Part shown: piece by piece, positions 13,236 to 25,678 of the stretch
Numbering within the stretch: position 1 is the stretch's first letter
Layout of the letters: every line of letters begins with the position of its first letter
Source: Podarcis bocagei
Lineage: Eukaryota
Reading direction: 5' to 3' (one strand)
DNA length: 64,000 nt
Assembly (NCBI GenBank): GCA_964188305.1
Contig: OZ076888.1
Notes under the pieces: generated by a model
Seen by the model: only the letters and a program-made list of their open reading frames with translations
Database searches by the model: none
Told to the model about the DNA's origin: nothing
Translations under genes and position numbers: made by a program

Positions 13236-13560
13236 CCCCATTGTGCTGCCCGGACACTGAGGCCCTGCGCTAATGGCCTTCTGGCGGTTCCCTCACTGCG
13301 ACAAGCCAAGTTACAGGGAACCGGGCAGAGGGCCTTCTCGGTAGTGGCACCTGCCCTGTGGAACGCCCTCCCACCAGATGTCAAAGAGAACAACAACTAC
13401 CAGACTTTTAGAAGACATCTGAAGGCAGCCCTGTTTAGGGAAGCTTTTAATGTTTAATAGACTATTGTATTTTAATATTCTGTTGGAAGCCGCCCAGAGT
13501 GGCTGGGGAAACCCAGCCAGATGGGCAGGGTATAAATAATAAATTATTATCATATTATTA
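13236..13560 (+). mobile_element. L2-clade LINE 3' fragment
   Basis: Same family as 7295-7654; ends cccagagtggctggggaaacccagccagatgggcagggtataaataataa. Confidence 0.87.
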
Positions 13561-13677
13561 CTACTAGGGGAAATGAAAATGTAATAGGCCAAATGGAGGC
13601 GCCAGAATTTAGTACTCAATGTTTATTAATATCAGAGACTGTTTGGTCTAAATCGGGTCTTCCTCACAGAGGGCACG

Positions 13678-14440
13678 TGTTGCGGTGAGATCAACGTGAC
13701 TGACCCAAGGTTGTGGGTGGGATCGTTTGGATAGCCACAACACCTGATTGGTGGTCCCTCATTGCTGGGTTCAGTTTGGCCAATGGGAAAGAAGCTGGTT
13801 TGAGGGACCTATTTATACCCATGCACGTGTCGCAGAGTTTCCTCTTTTCGCTCGTGCATCGGAACACCTGCTCACCTCTCCCTATATTTAGGGTTTTTTT
13901 CAGCAACTGACCTTGCTATGTTGTGTGTCGTCTGTCATTGGGACAGGGGCACAGTAGGAATTCCCCCACTTGACTGATTGGCCATGGCCATTTGGGTTTT
14001 GCCTGCTGCATAGCAAACCGTCACAACTTGTAAGGTTGTGGATAGGCACTGGTTCAAGGTGGATAGGAATGCGGAGCTGTGCCGATCCCTATGTGAAGGG
14101 TATTCCATTAAAGGAATCCAAGGACTCAGATTGGTTTGGTCAACCCCCGATAGGGGGTTGTGCCCATGCCTGTGTCCCGGGGAGCATCTGGGGAGTGGAC
14201 AGAGTCTGCTCCCAGGCTCTTGACCTTCCCCAGGTGTTTACCCTTGGCTGTCCTATGATGCACCCTGGGTCAGCGCTACCTACCGTGGGCGTAGGGAGCT
14301 AGTTGAAACAGAGCCTATCCAACCACTCACTTATCTGTAATCAATAAAGTTGTGGCCTAAATTCTGCCAAAAACCAAAACAAAAATTTGAGTCAAATGTG
14401 TCTTTATTTATTGGCGAGGTCTTGGGATCTGAACACGCAA
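13678..14440 (+). mobile_element. Probable solo LTR (boundaries approximate)
   Basis: Starts TGTTGCG and ends near CGCAA; CCAAT motifs, TATA-like TATTTATA (about 13810), pyrimidine-rich start region and AATAAA (14343) occur in U3-R-U5 order. TSD not resolved. Confidence 0.5.
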
Positions 14441-15218
14441 ATCAATTTAAGGAAGCTATAGTGAACTGGTACTTCATGCACAAATTAATTAGGATAATCA
14501 AGTCTGAGAGGGCAACAAAATCAACACTTATCTGATATTTCATATTGCATAGCGGCCTACTGTAACAACATTCTTTCAATATTACTGTTTACAAGTTTGT
14601 ACATTTATCAAACGGTTAATGTTAATGTTGTTAAGGATAATGAAAACACCTTTGCTGAGTTTCTACCTAACAATTAGATATTGTAAATTTTGTCAAGACA
14701 ACGCAAACTAAAATATATAGAACCTTGCAAGCAGTAAATTTCAGCACACAGTCTTCAGGTTTAGCTTGCCTTTGTTAATTCTCAGTGAATCTACAAAACA
14801 AGCCAAGTTTGACAGACATCAGTTCAGCAGAGATGGAGGCAGCACAACATTTGAACCACAGCAATACCTGCAAGCTCTAATCTTCTCTGTCAGTACACAC
14901 AAAAAGTATAAATACAAGGGTTTTATTAACTACAATGTGTGTTTATATTAATATGCTTCAATCTAACCAAGAAGCATGTCAAACTAATTTGACACGTGAG
15001 GGGAGAGACTTCATTAGGCAAGGTCTTCTTCCACCTTGCCTTGCCTTGCCCCACCCTCCAGTCTCTGCTTCTCAATTTGTATTGTATTATTTTACGCACT
15101 GTGGCTTGCCGCTGTTTTATTGATTGTAGTTTAGAAATTATTTATTGTAATTGTTAAGAGTAGGTTTCTGTTTAATTTTTATATGTTGATATTTATTATT
15201 ATTTTATACTATTCTAAC

Positions 15219-15556
15219 GGGACGCAGGTGGCGCTGTGGGTTAAACCACAGAGCCTAGGACTTGCTGATCAGAAGGTTGGTGGTTCGAATACCTGTGACG
15301 GAATGAGCTCCCGTTGCTCGGTCCCTGCTCCTGCCAACCTAGCAGTTTGAAAGCACGTCAAAGTGCAAGTAGATAAATAGGCGGGAAGGTAAACGGCATT
15401 TTTCGTGCGCTGCTCTGGTTCGCCAGAAGCGGCTTAGTCATGCTGGCCACATGACCCGGAAGCTGTACGCCGGCTCCCTTAGCCAATAAAGCAAGATGAG
15501 CACTGCAACCCCAGAGTCAGTCATGACTGGACCTAATAGTCAGGGGTCCCTTTACC
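15219..15556 (+). mobile_element. Sauria (Squam1) SINE, full length
   Basis: GGGACGCAGGTGGCGCTGTGG head, GGTTCGAAT B box, 15-bp TSD tttatactattctaa. Confidence 0.93.
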
Positions 15557-16956
15557 TTTATACTATTCTAATGATTGCTAGATGTTACTTTATTTGATGT
15601 AGGTTGCTTATTTTAAAGTTATGTTTTATTATCACATTTTTGCATTGCATTAGATTGTTATAAGGTGTACATTCTTTGTTTCTTCAGCTTGTAAACCACC
15701 TTGGGTATTGTAAGATAGAAAGATGGTATACAAATCAAAAGTGATGATGATAAACCATGCACAAGTGAAAAGTGATGGAACTGGTACAGAATCGGGTAGT
15801 AGTACACTTCTTAAGAAACAGATCTGATGTTCAGGTTTACAGGCCTAAAACTACTGCTGTTCCTACAATATTTAGCACCATGAAGAAATTGCTTCTCTAT
15901 GTTCTGAGAAAGTTTTTATGTCTGGGTTTAAATAAAACTAAATTCCAGCTTATGCCTCCTACATTAGAAACGCAGTCACAGTTACATATTAATGTTCTAA
16001 AAATGGGTACTTTTTATACCTAAAGAGAAGTTCCTCCATGACAGAACATGTGAAAGACTAAATCAGTCTTCCTTGACCTGGGGCCTTCCAGATGTTTTGA
16101 ACTAAAACTCACTATCCCTTCCTATTGGCCATGCTATATTTGGAGGGCAGGAGGTTGGGGAAGGCTGGAAGATTCAAAGGGCCCTCACAGTCCACACAAC
16201 ATTTTATTAAAGGTCTTATTGTTCCCTGAAATTGAACCAAGACCTCTTTGGTCTCATCAGTATTTTGCAACAGCTTCTCTTTTCAGAAGTATGATGAACC
16301 TTTCGCTCCTTATTATTACACAGGACCTCCCCTGTTATTTGTGGGCACAGCCATGCAATCATTTTTTTGGTGACATTCCATTTTTAAGAATTTCACAGAT
16401 AAGTTCCAGCAAACAGCAAAACCAAAATCTCAGAAGTGCTTGACATTGTGAAGAGCACTTGGCTTAAACTCCTAGGCCAAATCAAGACCCAGGATTTCAG
16501 CAGATGGTAGGTGAAGTTGCCAGTTAATCGTTTTTGCTGCCTTTTTAAATATTCAAAGTCACAGTTGCCACATGGCTGATAGCATAGTTTTATTAATATT
16601 CCTGGTTTTTGCTCTAGTGATGTGCTGCATTTTGGAACCGAAAATTCACCACTACTTTTGTTCCACAGCAGAGAGGAATTACAGTTCACACAAACTGAGA
16701 AGTGTTGGTGCTTCTACTGATTAGCATCACTCTCTCTATCTCCCCATGTTCTATTACACACCATTCTTGAGGTTCCCCTGACCTTCAGGAGCAGCTTCTC
16801 AGGATGTGCTGGGGGACTGCAGTGGGGAGGTAGGAAGAGATGGAAAAACCCTGTTCCATTAGCAGAATACTGCTTGCTGTTCTTTGAACTGAAGTTCGTG
16901 TGTGTTGCGTTGGCACTTCCCAAAGAATCCTTAGTAGACTAACAAGCTGCCTTATA

Positions 16957-17190
16957 CAGTGGAACCTCGGTTTTCGAACGTAATCTGTTCCGGAAGACTG
17001 TTCAACTTCCGAAACGTTCGAAAACTGAAAGCAGAAGCTTCAGTACAATAGGGAAACTCAAAATGGAAGCCGGGCGGCACATTCGGCTTCTGAAAATTGT
17101 TCAAAAACTGAAGCAGTTACTTTCGGGTTTTCTGCATTCAAAAGCCGAAATGTTCAACTTCTGAAACGCTCAAAAACCGAGGTTCCGTGG
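16957..17190. mobile_element. Tigger-like MITE
   Basis: TA|CAGTGGAACCTCGGTTTT ... AAAACCGAGGTTCC. Confidence 0.82.
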
Positions 17191-17778
17191 TAGTAACAAC
17201 AATGTGTACACCTGGAAGTCAAGTGATCAATACACCTGCCATACATTCAGTGATCTATATGGGGTGTCCCGTCCCCCCAGCATACTTTATCCTAGAGGAA
17301 TCTCTTATAAGAGAGGACATTAATTTGCCACCTGGATCGTGGATTTTCTCTACCAGATTGTCTGTCATTTCTTTAAGTTGAAGTCCTTTTTATAGAAACT
17401 GAGATTTTTAAAAAATTAAGGATGAGAAGTATGAATGAGAGGAGGCCATAAGAATGGATGTGTGTAGCGGAGGGGTGGGGGTGGCAGAGACGTGACTGGA
17501 GACTTGGGGGGGGTGGAGCAAAGAACTAGGCAAGTCACAATAGTTCTGCCTTAGAGATTCTGGAGAAGCTGTTGGAATGTTTTCACAGTTATCTTCACAT
17601 CCTGACGGTCAGGGAAAGAATGATCTGCTCAGAATTCTGAATGCATAAGTTTGTGGAAGATGAACCATCAACTAGTCTTTTTCAGTATGGATGAAATGAT
17701 CTTTTTAAAAATTGCTAGATGGAGGATTTCCCCAAAAATAACTTCTGGAAATACATCCCAACTGCATGAAGTCGTTAC

Positions 17779-17883
17779 CTCTCTTTGGTGGACGAACATG
17801 GTAAGTCAAGTCATTAATTACTAGTTTGAAATCATCCAGGAGTAGGAGATCTATGCCTGTTGAAGAGGCAACACGTGTCCCAT
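17779..17883 (-). CDS. MCU: MCU coding exon 4 (105 nt): DGTRVASSTGIDLLLLDDFKLVINDLTYHVRPPKR
   Basis: Within ORF 17705..17950; tttcag|AT acceptor, G|gtaacg donor. Confidence 0.98.
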
Positions 17884-18475
17884 CTGAAAGGGGAAAGAGG
17901 GAAAAGATTTTATTAAGAACTATCCAGAAATTAATATCAATGTACTGCATTCTAGTGCAAAACAGTGTAGAATACTTTGTAAATATATATATATATTAAA
18001 TTCACAACACATTTCCAGGAGTACAAACCACAGCTTCAAATTTGTAAAACGAAAGCTTCCCAAAATATGAGGTGTCCTTGATATGTGTGAATTGCAATGG
18101 CAGGCCTATGTCTCAGAATGTTCCCAAAATGGTTTGAAGTGGGGTAGGATTTAAGCTGGAGTAGCAGCAATTTGGGATGTTGAACCCCACTCTCTGCCTA
18201 AGTCTTTGTCACAACCAGTATTCTAGCACACAGGTTAACACCATCCTTATGTAGAGCTAGCCCATTTGTTTGTTATCCGCTTGGTAAACTATAGTTTGTG
18301 GCAAAACTATAGTTTCCTGCATTGCATCTCTCCTTTTTCCAATAATCAAAGAAGATAGAACCTAGAACCTAGAACCAAACTCTACAGGCCTAATAGTAGG
18401 CAGCACAGAATTAAATACTTACGTTCTAACTACCTCATCTAGAAAGCAGTTTATATCACAAGACCTGCTACTCCA

Positions 18476-18725
18476 AAGAAGAAGAAGAAGAGTTTGGATT
18501 TGATATCCCGCCTTTCACTCCCTTTAAGGAGTCTCAAAGCGGCTAACATTCTCCTTTCCCTTCCTCCCCCACAACAAACACTCTGTGAGGTGAGTGGGGC
18601 TGAGAGACTTCAAAGAAGTGTGACTGGCCCAAGGTCACCCAGCAGCTGCATGTGGAGGAACAGGGAATCAAACCCAGTTCACCAGATTACGAGTCTACCG
18701 CTCTTAACCACTACACCACACTGGC
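18476..18725 (-). mobile_element. tRNA-CORE SINE (Squam3-like) with (CTT)n tail
   Basis: Minus strand GCCAGTGTGGTGTAGTGGTTAAGAGC head, GTGACCTTGGGCCAGTCAC core, (CTT)n end. Confidence 0.8.
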
Positions 18726-18763
18726 CAGTACCGTAGTTAATTGTAGCCACAAGAAACCAAGTA

Positions 18764-19005
18764 CAGTGGTACCTCGGGTTACATATGCTTCAGGTTACAT
18801 ACGCTTCAGGTTACACACTCCATTAACCCAGAAATAGTGCTTCAGGTTAAGAACTTTGCTTCAGCATAAGAACAGAAATCGGGCTCCGGCGGCGTGGCGG
18901 CAGCAGGAGGCCCCATTATCTAAAGTGGTGCTTCAGGTTAAGAACAGTTTCAGGTTAAGAACGGACCTCTGGAACAAAGTAAGTACTTAACCCGAGGTAC
19001 CACTG
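18764..19005. mobile_element. Tigger-like MITE (family also at 33749, 41464, 59094)
   Basis: TA|CAGTGGTACCTCGGGTTA ... TAACCCGAGGTACCACTG|TA. Confidence 0.92.
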
Positions 19006-19300
19006 TATCCTTTTTATTAAATGAGCTTATACATTATGAATCTTAGGTATGCCTAAGAAAACATCAAAGAGCCGACATTTTCTAGAGTGGGGATTATCCT
19101 CACCCCCACCCTCAACATAACAGTTTTACAAGACATGTGAAATACTGCTAATATGATATAACATCCATATCAGTTTTACAAGCAGTTTTGATGAAAATGC
19201 CTTAACAAACTAAAGGAACTGTAAGCACAGAAAACAAGTGCAGAATCTAACATTGTATTGTAGGTGTTCATCCAATTGCTTCAGTAATGCTGAGTGGTAC

Positions 19301-19471
19301 CTGGTGAGTAAATGGCAACCCGGTCGATTCCCCGGTCTTCTGCTTGTAGTTGCCGTAAGAATACCCCAACAGAATCCGATATAGGCTTAAGTGTAAACTG
19401 GCACCGCTCACGCCGGGATGGAAGATTCACAGATATTACAGGTAACCCGTTTTGATAAACCACTGTAACGT
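19301..19471 (-). CDS. MCU: MCU coding exon 3 (171 nt): [57 protein letters not shown]
   Basis: ORF 19281..19496 matches the MCU N-terminal domain; ccccag|AC acceptor, G|gtacca donor. Confidence 0.98.
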
Positions 19472-20102
19472 CTGGGGCAGGGAAGCAGACATTCAAAACA
19501 GATTACTTCAAGTATATCATGTAATTTAAAATAAACACTATTACTAAATTCATAAAGCAGAGGTTCCAGCAGCTGGTTCTAGGACTCATTTGGGGGAACT
19601 TAAAAGTTTGTGTGCAACAGCAATGCCATTCTCAAAAGCAAAAAATAAAATGCCACATAGACTTTCCGATCTACAGAAAACAACACCAGTAACAAGTATC
19701 TGTCTTGTTATTCAATGGCCCATGTAAGATGCTTCAATATTTGGGCAAATAATTTTTAATTCTCTTTAAAAAAATACCAACACAAAAGACACCCAACAAC
19801 AATAATAAACATTCATCTATAACTTGGTCTTTGGCTGATTAAACCATCTATGGTCTTTTAAATGTGTTTGTAGGAGAGGGGTTATTGGTTGTTGCTGCTA
19901 TTATGGTATTTTGTGTCTTCATTTTGTATTTTTATGCTGTAAACTGCCCTGTGATCTTCAGACGAAGGGTGGTGCATAAATTTAATAAATAACAATAACA
20001 TTCAGTGCCGGGAGCTTTCCGCCATCTAAGTGAAGAAATGATTCTTTTTGCATTTTAAAAAATCTCTCTATTGAAAATACCATGTTAGTAATGAAATTAT
20101 AG

Positions 20103-20621
20103 GGACTTGGGTAGCGCTGTGGGTTAAACCACAGAGCCTAGGACTTGCCAATCAGAAGGTCGGCAGTTCAAATCCCCACAAAGGGGTGAGCTCCCGTTGC
20201 TCGGTCCCAGCTCCTGCCAACCTAGCAGTTCGAAAGCACATCAAAGTGCAAGTAGATAAATACCGTATTTTTTGCACCATAACACTCACTTTTTTCCTCC
20301 TAAAAAGTAAGGGGAAATGTATGTGCGTGTTATGGAGGGAATGCCTACGGGTGGCATGCCTACAGATTTTCCTCCTCTAAAAAATACGTGCGTGTTATGG
20401 TCGGGTGCGTATTATAGAGCGAAAAATACGGTAGGTACCGCTCCGGCGGGAAGGTAAACGGCGTTTCCGTGCGCTGCTCTGGTTCACCAGAAGCGGCTTA
20501 GTCATGCTGGCCACATGACCCGGAAGCTGTACGCCGGCTCCCTCAGCCAATAAAGCAAGATGAGCCCCGCAACCCCAGAGTTGGCCACGACTGGACCTAA
20601 TGGACAGGGGTCCCTTTACTT
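20103..20621 (+). mobile_element. Sauria SINE interrupted by a Tc2-like MITE
   Basis: 14-bp TSD taatgaaattatag; the SINE sequence resumes exactly after the insert. Confidence 0.92.
20263..20431. mobile_element. Tc2-like MITE nested in the Sauria SINE
   Basis: TA TSD at 20261-20262 / 20432-20433; CCGTATTTTT TIRs. Confidence 0.92.
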
Positions 20622-22098
20622 TAATGAAATTATAGAAATCTCACAATTCATTCTTAATGGCCGATTTTTTCTTGAACTCAGTTTTAACATGGTACTATTG
20701 GAAATAGCTTAATGTATCCCCAAGGTTTTGAAATACTTTTCTCTTTGGTTAGCATTTTAAACTCCCTCCCTCTCCCTCTCTCTGTAGTTTAAAAATGCGA
20801 GTTCACTACTAAGTAGAAAATCATTTCAAAAAAATTAGCATACTTAAAATAAGTACAGAACAGTTCTGACTGCTGATCTGGTTCAACTATTTTTTGGTGG
20901 GGTAACAGCCATGTTTCAAGTGCCCAAGTGGACAGTGGGCAGGACACTTCAGGTTTCCCATCAGTATGACAGGTACACATTCTGTGACACTAGATAAAAA
21001 CAAGGGGAAATATAAACTCAATACACACAGCATCTAGCTGACTCTATCTTACAACAGCTCTAATAATTCAGTAACATTTTAACAATGGGGCGATGCCAGA
21101 GGTTTGACTACATAATTCAGAGGCTACAGCTTCTGTTGGAGGTCTGTGAAGGGAGAGGGCGAAGGTGTTTTGTTTTTAAAAGAATTGTTCTGGCTAGCTG
21201 AAAACCTCACTGGCTTTTTGCCGTGCACAATGTTTCTGTAGACTCTACATTGACCTCAGAACTCCTTTGCAACATTCCCAGGACCAGATGTCCCTCAGCC
21301 AGAGAGTTGGGAGAGGCCATTTTGAGCAACTACAGCCTCAACTCCTCTTACGCAAATACAGCTAAGGAAACTGGGGCAACAGCCGCCATGAATGTCTTTA
21401 GTCCGGAATTTACACATTTTTGGAGAGGACACGAACCCACAGCAAAGAAAACCAAAGCCTGTCACTTTAAGACCACATATGCATACTAGCCATATTGGTT
21501 TCAAACTCAAACTAAGATGCAGGAAACGCTAAAGCTCTTATAAGTATCAGTTGTGAAAGGTACCGTACATATGCAAAGCAAAGAAGAAAAATGAATTTAA
21601 AAAAGGAAAATGGAAGTGATATGTTTCAAGTTGGTTTTTGAAGCAAAAGTCCAAATGCAGCTACGCATCATTCTGAATCTCTGCAAGAAGAATTCTGACT
21701 GACCTTCAAGGCATGGAGTTGACCTTGAAAAGGTAGCCCTAAACAAGGCTGGTAAAGTGACATGAAGTCACAAAGAACAAAACAAACAATGGGAAAAGAT
21801 CCTCCTCTAATTTGAGAATGGGCAAAAAGAGAAAAAGGTAAGTGGCAAAGAAAATCACGTACCACTGCCTTCTTGCAACAAAGCAGAGTAGGTAAAGGTA
21901 TTTATTTTAACCAGCAAACCATTTCATCAAATTTTGAAGTGCATCTGCCTACAAGTGAACCTCATTTGCCACAATTTCTATGGGGGGGGGGGAATACTGA
22001 GGCACACCCTTGATTTTAAAAAATACCAATACAGACACACAATCTTTGAGCATTGGGGTAGGAATCTTGTCTTGAACAAATTTATTTATTGTACTCAC

Positions 22099-22168
22099 CA
22101 TCAGAGGGCACTACAGTACTGCAATAGACTACTCTCATGGTCTGCCAAGGAGGAAGCCTTTGGTGTGC
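22099..22168 (-). CDS. MCU: MCU coding exon 2 (70 nt): AHQRLPPWQTMRVVYCSTVVPSD
   Basis: Not in the ORF track; found by eye. Acceptor ttcctag|GCA, donor GAT G|gtgagt. Aligns with human VHQRIASWQNLGAVYCSTVVPSD, and its phase-1 end joins exon 3. Confidence 0.95.
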
Positions 22169-22466
22169 CTAGGAAAGGAAAACAGGAAGGAAATATTTAT
22201 TAAGAAAAACAGCAAGTGCTAGGTTATTTCAGATGACCCATGCCAGGACACCAATCTAGCAACATCCTACTGTAGGGAAGACAATGAACTGGTAGAACCT
22301 TTCAGGAGATATACTTCTTGTTGCCATCTGTCATTCAGTATGGATACAGTTCACGAGCCAATTCCCATACCTTACAATTTTTTGCTCATCTGAATTTAAA
22401 GCCAGGGGGTGGAGGGAGAGAATGGAATTCTTTGCAAGTCACAAAATCTTTAAAAAGTACTATAAG

Positions 22467-22594
22467 CAGGGGGGGGTTTTTCAGCCGGAACTTAGTTCCA
22501 GCACCTCTCAGGTGGGCGCCATTTCCATTCTAAGAGAACAAGGGAGGTGTTCATGGTGAGTTCTGGCACCCCCTTTTCTAGAAAAATAGCCCTG
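22467..22594. mobile_element. hAT MITE (same family as 1221-1355)
   Basis: Shared interior gttccagcacctctcaggtgggcgccatt...ctagaaaaatagccctg. Confidence 0.75.
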
Positions 22595-24227
22595 ATAGGA
22601 ATTAATTTCCATTTTAAGTCAAGGGCGTGAGTGTGCTAACAGGCTGCAAAAAGATTCAAAATGCAAAACATTATCTAAGAAAGAAGCACAGCAATAAGAG
22701 TGAATCGCCAGCACCCAGAATCAAAGTGATACCGGTACATCTTTTAGGAAACCCAGCAGAAACAACTAAAAACATTTTGGTACATTTTATACAAGCAAAC
22801 GGGCAGAAGCAGAGACAGAGGAAAATGTTTGCAGGCTGAAAGACTAACTACCTTAGGGAATGCTTAAGCAGGACTCCTTAGAAATATTGGTTAATCCACA
22901 CCAATTGCACATTTCTGTCTTGAACTGCTTATTCAAACAACCGCATACAACAACAGAATTCACATACAATTCCACGTAAAACCTGCTGCATCTGTTTCAC
23001 ACTTAACTTATTTAATTAGGAAATCTGAATTTCATTCTGATGGAGCCATAATGGCACAATTACTGAATATTCCCACAAATGGCGGTTAATAAATTAATTT
23101 TAAAATCTTTTTATGGTCATGGCCATCTACTTACTGCAAAATGCATGGACAATATTGCTAAACCCTGACCTTCAGCCATTGCAATCTAAATCTTCATATA
23201 AAATTTTAAAAGCCTAACTATTCTATGAAGCTTACAGCTGCACTTTTATCTTAAACTTCTCCATGCAGCAGCAAGGCTCCTTTTGAAAAGTGCTTACTTG
23301 CAAATAAGGATATTTAGGACTACGGCTTTTAAATTTCTAAATTAAATTATTAATAGAAGCCATTAGTTTTCAGGAGCTTCGCAGTGTGTTAAGCCCATAC
23401 CTATAGCACCTCTAACGTGTTGTTCAGTGTGAAAAAGAAAAGGTGACTTGGAATATGGTAGCTGATGTTTACCTTGAAACAGTACATTGTCAAATATCTG
23501 TGATAAGTTCTTCTCTCTGAAGTAAGGGCATGCAATAGATGGGGCTACTTCCACAACTGCGGGTAAGGGAATGCAGTTTTCCTAATCTCAGAAAGAGCCT
23601 TGCAATCTTGAATAGACCACTCGGATGAGCAGCTTGCTACAGAGGGGACTGCAGCAACATCTGCACTGACTCAGCCTGGAGCTCCTTAAGAGAAAAGGAT
23701 GGCTCATTACTTGAGTTGCCAGCGAACATCCTCTTGTTGCTCTGCATTAAGGTAGGAATCAATTTATTCAGAGGACACCAACTAGCTACTTGGATAGAAC
23801 AATTTCCCTCTTCCATTTCCTAAGTACAATGCTGTATATAGAGGAGATTGCTCCAATATGCTGTAATTACCATGCTACCACACATCAAATGGCTTCACTG
23901 AACTACCCAAACTGACACATTTCCTGTACTCAAAATAAAAAAAATCCTTCCCGTAGCACCTTAAAGACCAACTAAGTTAGTTCTTGGTATGAGTTTTCGT
24001 ACGTTAACTTTTCTTCTGCCATGCTATGGCTGCCTCATACATTTTAGAATGGATGGTAGTGGGGGTGGTTCTATTTTGCACTGCATTGCTGTACTTTCCA
24101 GCGCTGGTTTTTCTAAATCTTTTTTATTAATGGACCACTGCCACCAACACCAGCATCAGCATACCTGCAGATATACAGGTTGGCAAACATGTAGATATTT
24201 CCTTCAATAAGTTCGCTATTATTGCTG

Positions 24228-24420
24228 GGTAGGGGACATAGGAAGCTACCTTATACTGAGCCAGACCATTGACCTGTCTAGCAGAGTAATGTGTCTTCAC
24301 TGATTGACAGTAGTTCTCAGGGTCTCTGAAAGGGCACATTCCCAGCCCTTCCTGGAGATGCTGGGGACTGAATCAGGCCCCTTCGGGGTGCTCTACCACT
24401 GAGTAATGGCCCTGCCCCCC
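24228..24420 (-). mobile_element. Old tRNA-headed SINE with CR1-like tail (Squam2-like)
   Basis: Minus strand GGGCCATTACTCAGTGGTAGAGCAC head, tail ...tggctcagtataaggtagcttcctatgt. Confidence 0.6.
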
Positions 24421-25598
24421 AAACAGTTGGTTGGTACTCATTGCTGCGTCTCCAATCCCTCAAGGCACAACCAACTGTTTGCTGTTGGAATGAGTGGAAC
24501 CGTAGATACTCTTTCATACGTGATGGTTGGTTTGTTAACAATTGGCTTCCTGCACTGCGTAGGAGACATCCCAAGTGGAAACAACTGACAGGGGTTCATT
24601 TGCATGATATCACTATACATGGGACAAGGTCCCGTTCAGGTGTAAATTTGTGAAGTTCTATAACCATGAGGGGTGGCACCCTGAAATATTGTATTCAGGC
24701 TACTGATGGAACCACACTCTGCCTTGATTTTATAAAATCTCAATTTCTTTGAACTAAACCTTTTGGCATTTGCTCCAAATTTTGCTTCAGCCCATTTTGC
24801 AGAAGACCTATAAGGTTAAATACAAAAAAGGGTATGTATCTGTACAAGATCGGCCACTGAAGGCTATCATGTTAAAAGTCATTGGATATAGTCCTAAATT
24901 TCATAGCTACTCAAACAAACCATACATACTTTCAAATGTCTAGTTTGTCCACACTACACAACTGCGATCCAGCTTGATTTATATTATATTCACTGCTACA
25001 GCCTCTGTTGTAGTAATGCAATAGTGAATATGATGCTCGTGCAAGGTGGATCTAGAAATAACAGACACTCCTATTCCGTCTGGACTGGAGTTTCAGATTT
25101 AAAATAGCACGGGTCTGAAATAATCTCCTTTGTGAAGGCAAAAAGTTGATCCCTCCAGCTTGCTACCTCTTTTTCATTTGATTAACATGCATTCTCAACC
25201 TACCAAAATTCTAATTGACAAAGTTATTGCTACTTATTTCCAGTAATCTTCCTTGCTACACTTTATTTGCTCTGTTGGACTATCTGAAACTGCCTGAATG
25301 GGCTCTTCTCTCTTCATGCAGTTTTGCAGCTGTTATCCCAACTAGCCTAGAGCCTCTGCTTAGGTACATATGTTTGCCTGATGGAAACAGGGAGGCAGAA
25401 TCATTAATTCTCTCTCCACGTGGGTTCATATATCCGTAAACTAGATTGAGGCTGTGGCACCTGCTTTCCTATAAAATGTTCTTAAGAAGAGAAAAGATTG
25501 AAGCTATGCATGTGATCAGCATATATAGCTGTTGATATCTAACTGTTGGTCACTTATTGCAACGTGGTACAACAGGTCCTGTTTTGAAAACAGCAGTA

Positions 25599-25626
25599 CA
25601 GTGGTACCTTGGTTTAAGCACAGCTT

Positions 25627-25678
<52 letters not shown>

